This document shows, piece after piece, positions 1 to 14,663 of a stretch of 64,000 nucleotides of DNA (position 1 is its first letter; the number at the start of each line of letters is the position of its first letter). The stretch comes from the human T2T-CHM13v2.0 reference genome, Homo sapiens. Position numbers and translations under genes: made by a program. The DNA is taken from assembly GCF_009914755.1 (NCBI RefSeq), contig NC_060935.1, one strand, 5' to 3'. Below the pieces are notes generated by a model. It was not told where the DNA came from and ran no database searches. It worked only from the letters and a program-made list of their open reading frames with translations.

Positions 1-830
1 AGGCAAGGACTAAGTCCACTGAATACACTAAAATGAAAAATTTCTGCATGACGAAAGATACTATAAACAAAGGTAAAAGACAAACCACAGAAAAAAGATT
101 AGTAATCAGAATCAATGCAGGCAAGTAAGAAAAAGATAACACCTGAATAGGACAATGGGAAAGGGTAGGAATATGCAATTCACAGAAGAAGAAATGCAAA
201 TTGTGTATAAACACATGGAAAGTTTCTTAATTTGACTCAAAATCAGGGAAATATGAAGTAAACAAAACATTTCCATATTATGAAGTTGGCAAAAATTTTT
301 AAGTCTGACATTATAAGACAAAGGGGGTACTTTTATATACTATTAGTTGAAGTATAAATGGGTCCAGCCAGTAAAAAGAACATTTTTTCAACATTTAATA
401 AAATACAAAATGTGCATAACCCAACACCCAACAATTTCTCTTCTAACCCTTTAATATATTCACAGCTAGACATGTATAAGGATATTCACTGCAACATTGC
501 TTGTGATAGTAAAAATGTACAAAAACCTAAACATAAATAGGGAAATAAATAATATGTGATATTGTCATATGATGGCAGATTATACAGCCATTAAAAAGAA
601 CGATCTGTATATGTATGGGTATTTACGTATATGTGTGTGTTTGCATTTTCTCAAGATATGTGATGTTGGGTGAAAAAAACAAAGTGACAGAATGATACAC
701 AGTGTAGGATGCCATGTCAGAAAGCACACATAAATGCAAGGCCTTACACAGCTCATGGATGAAGAGGTATACATGAAAGTATACCTCTTTATAACAGTGA
801 TGACTGCCCAGGGGGCAAGGGAAGAAGCAG
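1..830 (+). mobile_element. Old L1M fragment (ORF2 3' end and 3'UTR)
   Basis: A-rich, with degenerate L1 motifs (aaatttctgcatgacgaaagatactataaacaaagg; cattgcttgtgatagtaaaa; tatacagccattaaaaagaa). Confidence 0.65.
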
Positions 831-891
831 AATGGGTCTGGGCCTAGTGGGAGGGAAAAAAAACAACTTTACCTGAAAAAATATTTTTTAA

Positions 892-1226
<335 letters not shown>

Positions 1227-2019
1227 TCAAATATAATAAAACGTTAATTTTTAAAATTATGGATAGTGAAAATATGTGTGTTTTACCCTTCTTAGTGATG
1301 TATTTTTGTTAAGTTCTCCAAAAAAACCCAGAAAATGCTTTGAGGATTTATTGGAGCAGGCACCATCAGACACTTAAGCGGGAATGAGAGCAGTATCGAA
1401 TGGATGGAATTGATTCTTTGGCCATGAGCTCCCTCCCTCTTCAATGTCATCGGATTTTCAGATCCGTCGTGCTCCTTCCTGTGTTCCCCACTCCAACGTG
1501 AGACCATGCTTTGACATCACGCACCCAGGCCTTTACAGGGATCTCTGAGTGTGGCACCGTAGTGCTGGGAAGGACTCCCCAAAAAATTGGGCCAACCCCT
1601 AGTAACAGATGAGGACAATGAAGCAGGAAGGAGAGACTTGTCTAGGGTCACATAGGAGGCAAAGCTGGCCTCAAGGTTCATCTTTAACCTTAGGCTCTGC
1701 TCCAACACCACTTCCTCAGATGACAGATCCAACTCCTCACCTAGGTTAGCCTGTCAGCTCCCATTAAATGCTCTGTTAGCACCTTGTACTTTCCCTGCCA
1801 AGCATTTATCACAGCTAAATTTAATAATTAGTTATTGAAATGCACGCTTGACACCTTATCTGTCATTACACTGCTCATTCCATGATGAATTTTGTCTTGT
1901 TCATGGCTGTAATCCAAGAACATAGTTCAGAGTCTGTTCCCTGAGTGACTGCTCTCTTGGTGTCTAGACTGGTGTGCATTCAGATTCCATGCTCACCTCT
2001 GAGTATTAATATTTAGGAA

Positions 2020-2230
2020 TTATAACTGCAAGGACCTAAGAGTTTACACATGTTCGTATCCTATATCCTATGGCATGTATCATACTGCCCTATTTTCTGA
2101 AGGAGGAAATTGAGGCTCAGAGACTTGAAATAACTTTACCAAGGTCACAGAAATAGTAAATGGAAAGGCTGGAATTTAAGCTGAGGTTTTCTGATCCCAA
2201 GCCATTTGATCGGTCCATTGCACCATGGCT
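2020..2230 (-). mobile_element. MIR (a second MIR at ~1595-1720)
   Basis: MIR core gaggaaattgaggctcagagacttgaaataactttaccaaggtcacag. Confidence 0.7.
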
Positions 2231-3281
2231 ACCAGATGAGTAGCTGTGATTACTAATTTCTCTTGTGTTCCTTACCTTTTCTTCAGAACACTTCTCCCTT
2301 CCATCACACACTCCTAGCCCTAAAGACCTTCCTTATTTAAGAGCATTCATGCTTCTGCTGCTCTGTCCTCTCCTCCTCACCCACCAGCACCACAATCCCC
2401 ATCATTATCATCATCTTCATCATCACATTTCTCCCTACTATTGAAGTAGGAGCTGACACAGAGTAAATCAGCATGTCCCAATCCCTGGGGATATGACCCC
2501 AATCTGGGGATATGACTTCATAGTCATATCCCCAGAGCCTAGCTCAGAGTCTTGTTTGTAGGAAGAGCTCAACAAATATGAATTGAATGAACAAGTGACT
2601 AAAGTAATGCATTCTACCAAGGGCTTGCAAAGAATCTCATTCTCACAAATGCAGTCTGGACTGGGACTACTATGCTGTGCTAAAAGGCTCCCCACAGAAT
2701 GGTGTTATAGTAGATTTTTAGAATCACCAAGCCTCTCTCCAATTCACAGCCTGCCTTTGGCCCACTCTGGAGGAATGCTGGACCAGGGCTTCGGTGAGGC
2801 GTCATAACAGTCCCTCATGGTAGAGCTCTCTTCTGTGCTATTTTTGGGTGCTAGATCCTGGCATGTTGATTATCTCACTGTATACCTTTTAATACCATTT
2901 ATCCCTCGTCCATTTTTTAAAAAATTCCATGTTGTAGCCCCGAAGGGAACCCCACACAAAAATGGTCATAGTAGCCAGAGACTAATAGTATTTCACAATG
3001 GTGACTCCTGTACCTTGCGTTCTTGGTTGCTATGAGAGATTGGCTGGTTATCCATTATATATAAAGACAAAGAGACTCTTACATGTACATCAGCTTCCCA
3101 TTGCTATTCAGTTGTAAGGAAACAAGAGAATGACTATGTCACTTTCGAAGAATGAGTGATGTGCTTAATAAGGCACAGCCGAACCAAGTATTCTTATGCA
3201 CTCTGTTCAGGGGGTTACTTGCTACTTAAATACAGAGTCTGAAACTTGGTAACACAGTATTCTGTCCTCAATAACCTAGAT

Positions 3282-3649
3282 CAGAAATTGGCAAACTATT
3301 GCCTACCAGCCAGATACAGCCCTCTGCCTGTTTTTCAGCTGTGAGCTAAGAAAGGTTTTTGTAGATGAATGTTTGCAATCAACCTGATGAAAGGGAACAC
3401 CAACTTTGAACCCCAATTCAGCAAATATTATTACCCAAAAAAAATATTCTCATTAGCAGAGCTGTATTATAAAAGATTCTATTCAATAATTATTATTATA
3501 TTTTGAATTTTAGCAATAAAATTTTGGTGGAAATTTGTTTTCTCTCTTGTTATATAAGTACCTACTTAATAACCTTAATTTTGCATCTTAGCCTGCAAAG
3601 CCTACAATATTTACTATCTGTCCCTCTATAGGAAGTTTGCCCACCACTG
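3282..3649 (+). mobile_element. MER58-family hAT-Charlie MITE
   Basis: TIRs cagaaattggcaaact / agtttgcccaccactg, the MER58 3' motif gcaaagcctacaatatttactatctg, and degenerate 8-bp TSDs acctagat/gtctagac. Confidence 0.8.
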
Positions 3650-3943
3650 GTCTAGACTAAAGCTATAAAGCTTGTCTCCCACCATGTCACTTCTTATACT
3701 TGGAACACTTGTTATATGGGAATATCTGTGGTTCTCCATAGGCATGTCTAGCTCTCCATGCCCCAGCTGTCCCTTCTGTTGGGACCTGCCACCTCCCTTG
3801 CTGCCTGCCTGATTGTTTTGCCTGCTGATATCAGACTAATCTTTCTAGGTCCAGCTCAGATGCCATCCTCATTTCTGAAGTCTTCTCTGACTTTTCAAGT
3901 TAGAATTGATAAGTTCCTCTGCTCAAAAAGCATGTGACATCTG

Positions 3944-4303
<360 letters not shown>

Positions 4304-5274
4304 TCATCAGGCTTGGGGCACAGTTCTGTTTATGGACAGGAACACTCCGACTGCCATCCCTACTCCTTTTCCTCCTCTTACTTCTCTCCCACCCATATTA
4401 CATCCATGATGCCTCATTTTTTTCTCTCCCTGTACCCTCTAAACAGAATCTCAGCATCTGAATTGCATATTTAATCCGGTGGCTCACTCAATCCACAAGG
4501 GAGAATGTGGTCATCAGGAAGCTCTGAGAAGAACGGCAATGGACCAATTCACTCGCTGAGAGTCATTCTTCCAACACTGGTTGAACTCTCTTCTGTGCCA
4601 GGCCCAAGAAAGGGATAAAAGGACAAGGCCCAGGCTCTGTCTGCAAGGAAAGCAAGCCGAATGGACTTTCTTGTACATCCCTGAAAAATCATGTGAAATA
4701 TACCAAATCCTCGGGAGGAGTCCTTGGGGCCCCTGGGCTTTTTGAGGAGATGCAGGCATAATGCTGTCAGAGTGGCACAGATACTTGGCTAGCAAGTCAT
4801 CACAATCCAAGAAGGAAAATTCGACCTCGAGTTTGTACACAATTAACCCATTCTCTGACCTGTGGCACTTAGATGCCACCCAAATCCAGACTTTGGCAAA
4901 AATTAGATAACATCAAAGCACAGAAACATTTCTGAATTCATTTTCAGAGCAAATTTAAACTTGCTAAAAATCATTCTTTTCTAATTGCTTTTATTACAGT
5001 TCTAATTTTATGATTCTTATTTTACTCATGCAATAAAATAAATAATTTTTGTGTATGCAAAGTGGCAAAAGCCAGGCCTCTCCAAATAATTCATATTTGC
5101 ACAGGTAGATTAGAACATGGTGACTCAGAGATGCTTGCTGGACTAAAAAAATACACATAGAAAATCTTTGACCTGAGCATTTAATGGTTCTTTACCCAGA
5201 AATTCAGAATGTGTGCAATGAGAAGGGCAAAGGACCTCTGTATATTAGCCAAGTAGTACTCAACCCACCAGGGA

Positions 5275-5620
5275 CAATGATGATGAGGATAGTTGCCATT
5301 TATTGAGTGCTTACTACGGGCGAGGCACTGTGCTGAGCACTGTATGTACACATCTTTCATTCATTTGTTCAATTAATTCATATCTATTAAGCATCTATTA
5401 AACACCATGCACTAAGCTAGGTGCTGGAGGTACAATAGTAAATAAGATAGGTAAGATAGTAACAGACTTAATGGAATGTTAAGTCTTTCAACAACTTGTA
5501 AGGTAGATATTAGTGATTCTGTTTTACCACTAAGGAAACAAAATCAGAAAAGAGTGATTAAGTAACTTGCTCTAAATCATATAGTTAATACATGGTAAGC
5601 AGGACTTGAAACCAAGTCCC
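5275..5620 (-). mobile_element. MIR interrupted by an L2 3'-end fragment
   Basis: tttattgagtgcttact..., cattcatttgttcaatt..., gattaagtaacttgc motifs. Confidence 0.55.
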
Positions 5621-8451
5621 AAATAAAGCCAGACATCAGAGGAAAGCAGGAATTACAAGAATGTATTGTACTTTTAAGTGCCCTTCTGAATTTTTATCTC
5701 ATTGATAAAAACCTCTAGGAAGGAATTTATAGTTCCTAATCTTTTTCCTTCCCAGTGGAACTAACTCCTAAGCTTTTGACACACCGTACAGGTACACCCC
5801 TTCAGGAAGTGGTTCATGACTCAGGCCAGAAACCCCCTTTCCTCTACAACTCCTCAATAGCCTGTGCACATTTCTATTCTTGCACTTACCACTATGACTA
5901 TACTTTCGAAAAATATGCCTTCCTCCCACTAGACCAGGAGCTCCTTTAGGACAGTTGCTAGGTGTAATTTATCTCTCTACCCTAGCGTAGTGATTCATCT
6001 GAGATGCAATAAATGTTTCCTGAATGAGTAAATGAAAAACTTTCATTGGTAACATACTCTACTTCATTATTTCAGTGATAATAATAAAAGTAGCCAGCAC
6101 TTACTATGATGAGTATGCACTGTGGACAAACATTATCTCCCCCCAACTTCATCATGACTCTGTGAAGTCACAACTGTGTAGTTACCCCCATTTTATTGAT
6201 GAGAAAAATAAAGACTTTCCCAAGGTCACACAGACTTTAAGTTAAGATGCATGATTCAAACCCAGCTTTGATGGACACTAAATTCTTCACAGGACACAAG
6301 GGCACCTCCCAGGACTCATAAAACCATTCCTTCCAACAATCTTCTGATAGTGTTAACTAGCCACTGTTGCGCCCCTAGAGAACTCTGGCTCCCAATTTTT
6401 ACTCTCACCAGGGCCCGCCTGGTACTTTTAGATACACTACTTACATCCATATTATCTCCCTCAAAAGACAGCAATCTCCTGCAAACAGGGGTCATGTGCT
6501 CTTCACCTTGAATCTTCATAGCCTATAGTCCCAGCCTTGGCATGCTCTTAAGATGTTACATTGAACTCTGAGTAAAAATAATATTAGGCCCACTGCATTA
6601 TTATTATGGAATTAGGATCAAATAAATCCAACCTAATTCCCTGCTTTTATAGTATAAGCCTCTTTCTCAATGGACTAAAAGCCCTGAAGGATAGAAAGGA
6701 TTTAGAAAGAAGATGGGAGGAGGGCAGGGGGGAAAACTGTGAGCAAAATCCAGCAGTAGTTTGAATGTGGGGCTTGTGAGACCCAGTTTAGGCTGTGATT
6801 CGGTCAGAGCACCTGCTGAGGTCCATATGATTTTAACGTGCAGCCAGGGCTGAGAATACCCAAGAAAAGGCATCGAGTGTGTGCAGGGAGCAGTGGGCAA
6901 GAAGGCTAGAAGCATCAGATTGGTCAGATAATGGAAGGCACTGACTGCACACCCAGATGCCTGGGCCTTGCCCTGGAGGAGAAGGGAATCTGTTGAGAGT
7001 TTAGGAAAAGAAGTGAGACCACCCACCCCTCCTCCACTGTAGAAACAAGATTAGTGGAGGGAGATGGTATGGGCTTAGCAGAGTTGGGGCCAGAAAGACA
7101 GCATAAAGGTTGAAGTTGGCAGCAGCCCTCCCAAGAATGGCATGTTGGACTAGGGGAACATGAGGGGACTTGGCAGGGGCCTGCTGGAGCTGCACAAGCA
7201 AGACACAGCTGTGGCTGGAATGAGGAGAATTAGATTCCTGAGCCAGCTCAGCCACTAACTGTTTCTATAACCTCAGTCCCCATACCTCTCTGACTCTATT
7301 CTGCATCTTTAAAGATAGAGATGTTTACCTTAAAAGGTCATTATGAAGTCTACAGAAAAAGATATGTTAAAGCAGTTGGCACAGAGTAAACACTCAGCAG
7401 ATGAGCCTGAAACTCAATTATGTCTCTGTTCTTTCTAATATTCTGCTCTTTTGCATTCTGCCTTGATCTACCTTTTGCCTAATTATTATGGTTTAATACG
7501 GAACAATCCTTAAGGGCTAGGAGGCTTGCAAAAATGCACTATGCACTCTAGGATATGCCACAATGTAGGCCAGTGTTTCAAAGACACTGCACAAAATGGA
7601 CAGTGACCACAAGGGGACAGCTCAGTGGAGGACGCATTGTTTCAGGGATGCACTTGCAGTGGGTTTTGTGGCTTGAGGTTTGGGCACAATTTTCCCACTA
7701 AAAGAGGTTACACCAGGCCTAATCCTGCAAAAGCCTCTTCATTCAGTTTGAAAACAAATACCCACTGACAGTGGACTATGCTAAGATAAGGGAAGGATAG
7801 CAAAGATAATAACGATGTGTATTATGTAATACACAGCACGGGTAGTTCCTGTGTGTAATGTACAAGGCCAGCAGCACCAGAGGTTGGAGGTTGAGACCAC
7901 AGTGAGGCCTATGCTCCTGCTCTCTTTTGGACAGGAGAGGCAAGCACAGACACCAAGAGCTCATCCTTTGCTGACTCCTCCCTCACATACCAGAGATATC
8001 GATGCTTGCTGGGCGTTGACCTCAGCATTCTTTTCTTCTCACCCTCTCTCTTCCCTACCCACCCTAATACCTATGGGTTTGAGTCTCACCAACAGGCTGA
8101 TGTTGTCCTGATCTTCTTTTCTGTTCTACCCTTTCTCCTGAGCTTCAAGCTCTATCTCCATTTAGTTCTTTTGTATTTTGTTTCTTATTTTTTGTTGAGG
8201 TATAACACACAGAGAATAACGTCCATAAGTCTCAATTGTTTGTGTGTATAAACCCATGTCACCACCACTCAGATCAAGATATAGAACATTTCCAACACCT
8301 CAGAAGTTTCTCCTGTGCTCCTTCTCAGCCAATTACCCACCTAAATCCCAGAGATTACCATTATTCCAACAACTGTCACCATCAATTACTTTGCCTGTTT
8401 TTGAACTTCGTATAAATGGAATCATTCAGTAAATATACTTGTATCTGGGAT

Positions 8452-8953
<502 letters not shown>

Positions 8954-9410
8954 GTGTATCAATCTCCTATAGCTACTGCAACAAATTACCACAAACAGAA
9001 TGGCTTAAAGCAACACAGATTTATCATCTCACAGTTCTGTCATTCAGAAGTCCAAAATGGGTCTCACTGGAAGCTCTAGGGGAGAATACTTTCTTTGCCT
9101 TTGCCAGCTTCTAGAGGCGGCTTACATTCCTTGGGACGTGTCCTTCCATCTTCAAAGCCAACAACCGCCAGTCAAGTCTTGGTCACACTGCATCACCCTA
9201 ATATTGACACTTCTGTCTTTCTCTTTCACTTATAAGGACTCTTGTGATTACACTGAACCCAAGTGAATCCAGGCTATACTCCCCATTCCAAGGCCCATAA
9301 CTTAATGACACCTGTAAAATCCCCTTTGCCATGTAAGATAACATATTCACAAATTCCTAGAATTAGGATTTGGACATCTTTGCAGGGGGGATTATTCTGC
9401 CTTCCATACC
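8954..9410 (-). mobile_element. MLT1 (MaLR) solo LTR
   Basis: caacaaattaccacaaa...ggcttaaagcaacacagatttatcatctcacagttctg...ccctttgccatgtaagataacatattcac...ggggggattattctgcct. Confidence 0.8.
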
Positions 9411-10582
9411 CTGCTATATAATATTCTGCTGTATGAATATACCACAATTTATGTATCCTACTGTTGATGGACATTTGGGCTGTTTTAGTTCTTAGCTATT
9501 AATAATGCTGCTATAAACATTCTTATATAAGTCTTCTGCATTCATTTCTGTTAGGTAGATACTCAAGAATGGAATTTCTGGGTCATGGTAAATGTATGTT
9601 TAGCTTGAATAGATAATGCTAAAGAGTTTTATAATGTGGTTGTACCAATTTACACCCTTAGCAGCAGTATGAGTTTCCATTTTCATTCTGTACTGAACAT
9701 CTCCATGTAGACCTTCCAAAGACACCCCAAACTCAACTTACCCAAAACTGTGCTATCTAGCTCAGTGTATACCATTTCTCCACCCCCCCCTGCCCCAGAC
9801 AGCCAAAACATGAACCCTAGAAACATCCTAGGCTCTTCCCTCTCCCTTTCTGCCTACTTTCATTTAGCCACTATAATTTTATTCTTATCAGCACTTGCTT
9901 ACATTCTATTCTTGCTGGAGATCAGCATCTCTCACCTAGACTGTAGTTTCTTCCCTGGACTCTGTTCCCAGTCTAATCTCTCCAGTCCATTCTTCCCACT
10001 GCTGTCAAAGTCACCTTTTCTAAAATCTAAAACTGAATCCTGATTCTCCTGTTGCTTATAAGACAAAGGAGCTAGCCCCAGCCTACCTCCCTCTTCTGTC
10101 CCTTGCCATTCTATCCTTATGCAATGATACTTCCAAGTTCTGCCCACACAGAACTCTTTATAATTTCTCTTCTTGTACTTTTACTCAAATTGATCCATTC
10201 TCCCATTTACCGCCAACTCATCTTTCAAGACTCAGGCTACTAGTCACCCTCTCTACTGAATTTTCCCAACAACCCTCAAATCAGGCAGACTTAACCCCTC
10301 TCTTCTCTGTGCTCCACCATGCCCTGCACAGATATTTTATCAGGGCACCTGTAACTTTTCAGCACACTTGTCTCTGTCCAATAACCATAAGACTCCTGAG
10401 AGCAGGGACCACTTTGTCATCCAGGGACTTGGTCCAGGACCTGACATAGTAGATACAAATAAACATTTACTGAATGGAAACTGAATGAAGAAAGTACATA
10501 TTAATATGACATGCAGGAAGTGCTGAGTGTAGAGAAAGACAAGCGTAGACAAAGTCTGTGATTTTAACAGTCTTAAAACCTA

Positions 10583-10975
<393 letters not shown>

Positions 10976-11469
10976 CTAAATTAGCTACTATTAGTATTAT
11001 TATTTCTCATGGTGAAACTAGAAGTTTTTAGTTTGCTGGTTCAGGCCCATGTTGAAGTTATCTTCATTCAGCAGAGAATGAGAAGCTCACCTATTTACAT
11101 TAATACAGTTGACACAATTCATAAAGCCAAAGCAGCATTGTAGAGATAGCTCCTTAATCTTAATGAACATTTGTTGATTTATTTTAGTTTTATATTTGGG
11201 ACATTGAATGATTCTTAGTGATTGTTGATTTAGAACTATCACTGGCTTGACATTTTTTTGAAGTTCATATATGCATTAGATACAATCCTTCCCTATGAGA
11301 GCAACAAAGAATTAATCGTATATATCTTATCTTCTTTGTGGGTTAGTCTTGGTCAGCATTGTATTTCTGAGAGTTAATTGCACAAAGTTAACCAATGATC
11401 TAACAAAATGCCTCAGTAAAAATGTCCAAACAGACATAAAACACTGCTGAGTTCATATGAGGTTTCCAT

Positions 11470-12230
11470 GACAAGTTTCTCTCCTGGCTTTCTTCCCTCC
11501 TCACATCACTCCTCCTTCAACTTTTTCATGGATATCCCTTCTGCTGTCAGTACTCCAAATATGTGTATCCCCCATGGCTCCATTTTCTGTTGGTTAATTT
11601 TCTCTACTCCTTTTCCAAGGGTAATTTTGCCTCTTCCTATGACTTTCACAGGAAGTGAAACATCCACAAGATGATTGTTTCCAAATCTATATTTACAGCC
11701 CAGGCCTCTCCCTAAACTTTCAGATCCATTTACTCAACCGACCCTCAAACACCTCTTGTTAGATATCCCATAGACAACCCAAATTCTATATATTGAAAAG
11801 TACCTCAACTTTCACTTCTGACTTTTTTCCCCCTCTATTTTCCCTGTTCCAGTGACTAGCATCACTACCAGTTACCAAAACCAGAAACACAAGGGTCATC
11901 CTGGGCCATATCCTCTTCTTTGCATCTCAATTGGTCATTTAGATCTGTTGTTTTGTACCCGTATTATGTTATAAATCTCCAATCTCACAACCATGGTTAA
12001 GGCTTTGTCATTTTCTCCAAATTATCTCAATAGCCTCCTTATTGGCCTTCCCTTCTCTAATCTTCCCAGGTCAGCCAGCCAGTGGGAACTTTATAAAATT
12101 TGAATCAAACTATGTTGTCCCTCTGCTTAGATTTTTTCAGTGACTCATTATTGTCTATAGAAGCAAATCCAAACTTCTTAGCCAGGAATACAAGGCTGTT
12201 GATAAGCTGACCTATGCCTACCTCTCAGAG
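11470..12230 (+). mobile_element. L2 fragments (more at ~9690-10490)
   Basis: ccaaatctatatttacagcccaggcctctccc...; gcaaatccaaacttcttagcc. Confidence 0.6.
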
Positions 12231-13880
12231 CACAAAAAGAAAGCGAATAATAAAAATAAGAGTAAAATTTACTGAAAAAAGAGATGCTCAACAAAATAAA
12301 AAATTTATTCTTTGGAAAGACTAAAAAACAAAACAAATCTGAACAAGACTAATCCTGAAAAAAAAAAGCGAGAAGGTACAAATAAATATTAGGTATGAAA
12401 AAGGAGACATAACTACAGGTAAGTAGAGATTATTTTTAAATCCACAAGATAATGCTATGATCAATTTTATGTCAATAAATTATAAAATTAGAAGAAATGT
12501 ACATTTTTCCAGAAAAAAATAAATTATCAACACTGGCTCAAGAAGAAATATAACACCTGAATAAGTGAATCAGTATTAAAGACATCAAATTGACAGTTAA
12601 AAAAAAATCCATGAAAAAGACAACAGGTCCAGCAAGTTTTACAGGAGAATTTTATCAGATATTTGAGGAGGAGCCCTTCTTATATAAACTTTTTCAAATA
12701 ACTAAAAAGGAGGGGAATCTACCCATTTAATTTTATAGGTATAACCTTGATTCCAACAGTACATAAGACTAATATAAAAAAGGAAAAATTATAGGCCAAT
12801 CTTACTTATGAATATATACGCAAGCATTTCAGATAAAAAATAGCAAACCAAATTCAGCATAATAAAATATATTTTTATCTAAACAAGATTTATCCCAGAA
12901 ATGCAAAGATGGTTCAATATGAGAAAAAAAATCTATTAACAGATTAAAAAAGAAAAATCACAGATCATCTCAGCTGATGCTGAGCCTTCAATAAGAGAAA
13001 AAGCATTCAATAAGATTCAACAGCCAAACTAATTTTTAGAAACCCCTAGCAAACTAAGATAAATAGAAATTTCTTAACCTTATCTTATAAAAACATAAAG
13101 CAAACCTCATACTTAATGATAAAACTTTAGAAACTTTCCCACATCCCAAGGCAAGGATGTTTGTTATCACCTACTATTTGAAACCATACCAGATGTCCTA
13201 ACCAACAGAGCAACACACACAAAAAACAAGATATATAAATCTTGGAAAGGAAGATAATAAATTGTTATTTGCTAAAAACATACATTATCTCCACAGACAA
13301 TCCAGGAAAGTCTACAAACAAAACTAATTAGAGAGTGTGATAAGTTTCCTGAATACAAGATTAACATACAAAACTTAATGCATATGGGCAATAATAAATT
13401 AGAAAAGGTAATGAACTCTTCATGATAGGAACAATAATTAAAAGCTAGCTCAGAATAAAATAAAATAAGATAATATAGTATTAGCTCAGACTGATGGAAT
13501 AGAACAGAGAACCCAGATATAATATCTAAAGATATGTGACCCTTATGTGATAGAGGAGACATCATAAGTTAGTGGGGAAAAGCAAAGCTTTAGAAAACAG
13601 TGTAAGGATAAATGACTTTCCATATACGGAAAAATTCAATACTTACCTCACTCCATTCATAAAGATAAAATCTAGTTAGATTATTAACAATTTAAATACA
13701 GAAATAAAACTTTAAAACTGTATATATGTGTATATATATGAGTATATATGTGTATGTGATTTTGTGGAGAAAATTACAAAATATAAGTGAAGAACATAAA
13801 AGACTTAAATAAATGGCAACCTTTGCCATGTTTGCATGTGGGAAAACTCAATAGCTTAAAGATGGCAAACCTCACCAAGT
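12230..13880 (+). mobile_element. Old L1M ORF2 remnant
   Basis: ggccaatcttacttatgaatat; ttatcccagaaatgcaaagatggttcaatat; gatcatctcagctgatgctga; no intact frame. Confidence 0.75.
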
Positions 13881-13884
13881 AATT

Positions 13885-14251
13885 TTTTCCCAAGTAAAGC
13901 TTGCATTCATCTGCATTAAAATTATCTAGAGTGCTTGCTAAAAATTAGATACTTAGGCTCCATTTTAAGCCCATTGAATTAGAATGTATGAGGATGTGGC
14001 CCAGGAATCTGCATTTCAGAAAGCTCTCCAGGTGATTCTTTTGTGTACTAAATTTTGAGAATGATGCCTTATAAAAGTAGATCATAACGTGAGTTGCACA
14101 TTAGAATCACTTGAAGTAGTTTTTAAAAACTTGGTTGCCCAGGCTACACCCCAGACCAATGAAATCAGATTTTCTAGGCAAGGCACCTATGCATCAGTCT
14201 TTTGAAAGTTCTCCACTGATTCCAATGTGTAGCCAAGGTTGAGGACTGCTG
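13885..14251. mobile_element. Two adjacent MER5-family hAT MITEs (~13885-14067 and ~14078-14251)
   Basis: ggcccaggaatctgcatttc...ctccaggtgattct...tttgagaa; cacattagaatcac...ccccagaccaatgaaatcaga...gccaaggttgaggactgctg. Confidence 0.7.
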
Positions 14252-14331
14252 CCCTAGGTGAAGGTCCATGTAGAGTCAGGTCTGTAAAGTTTGCTGCCCT
14301 TCTCCGTTTGAACATTTACTTCTAGTGCTAA

Positions 14332-14663
<332 letters not shown>

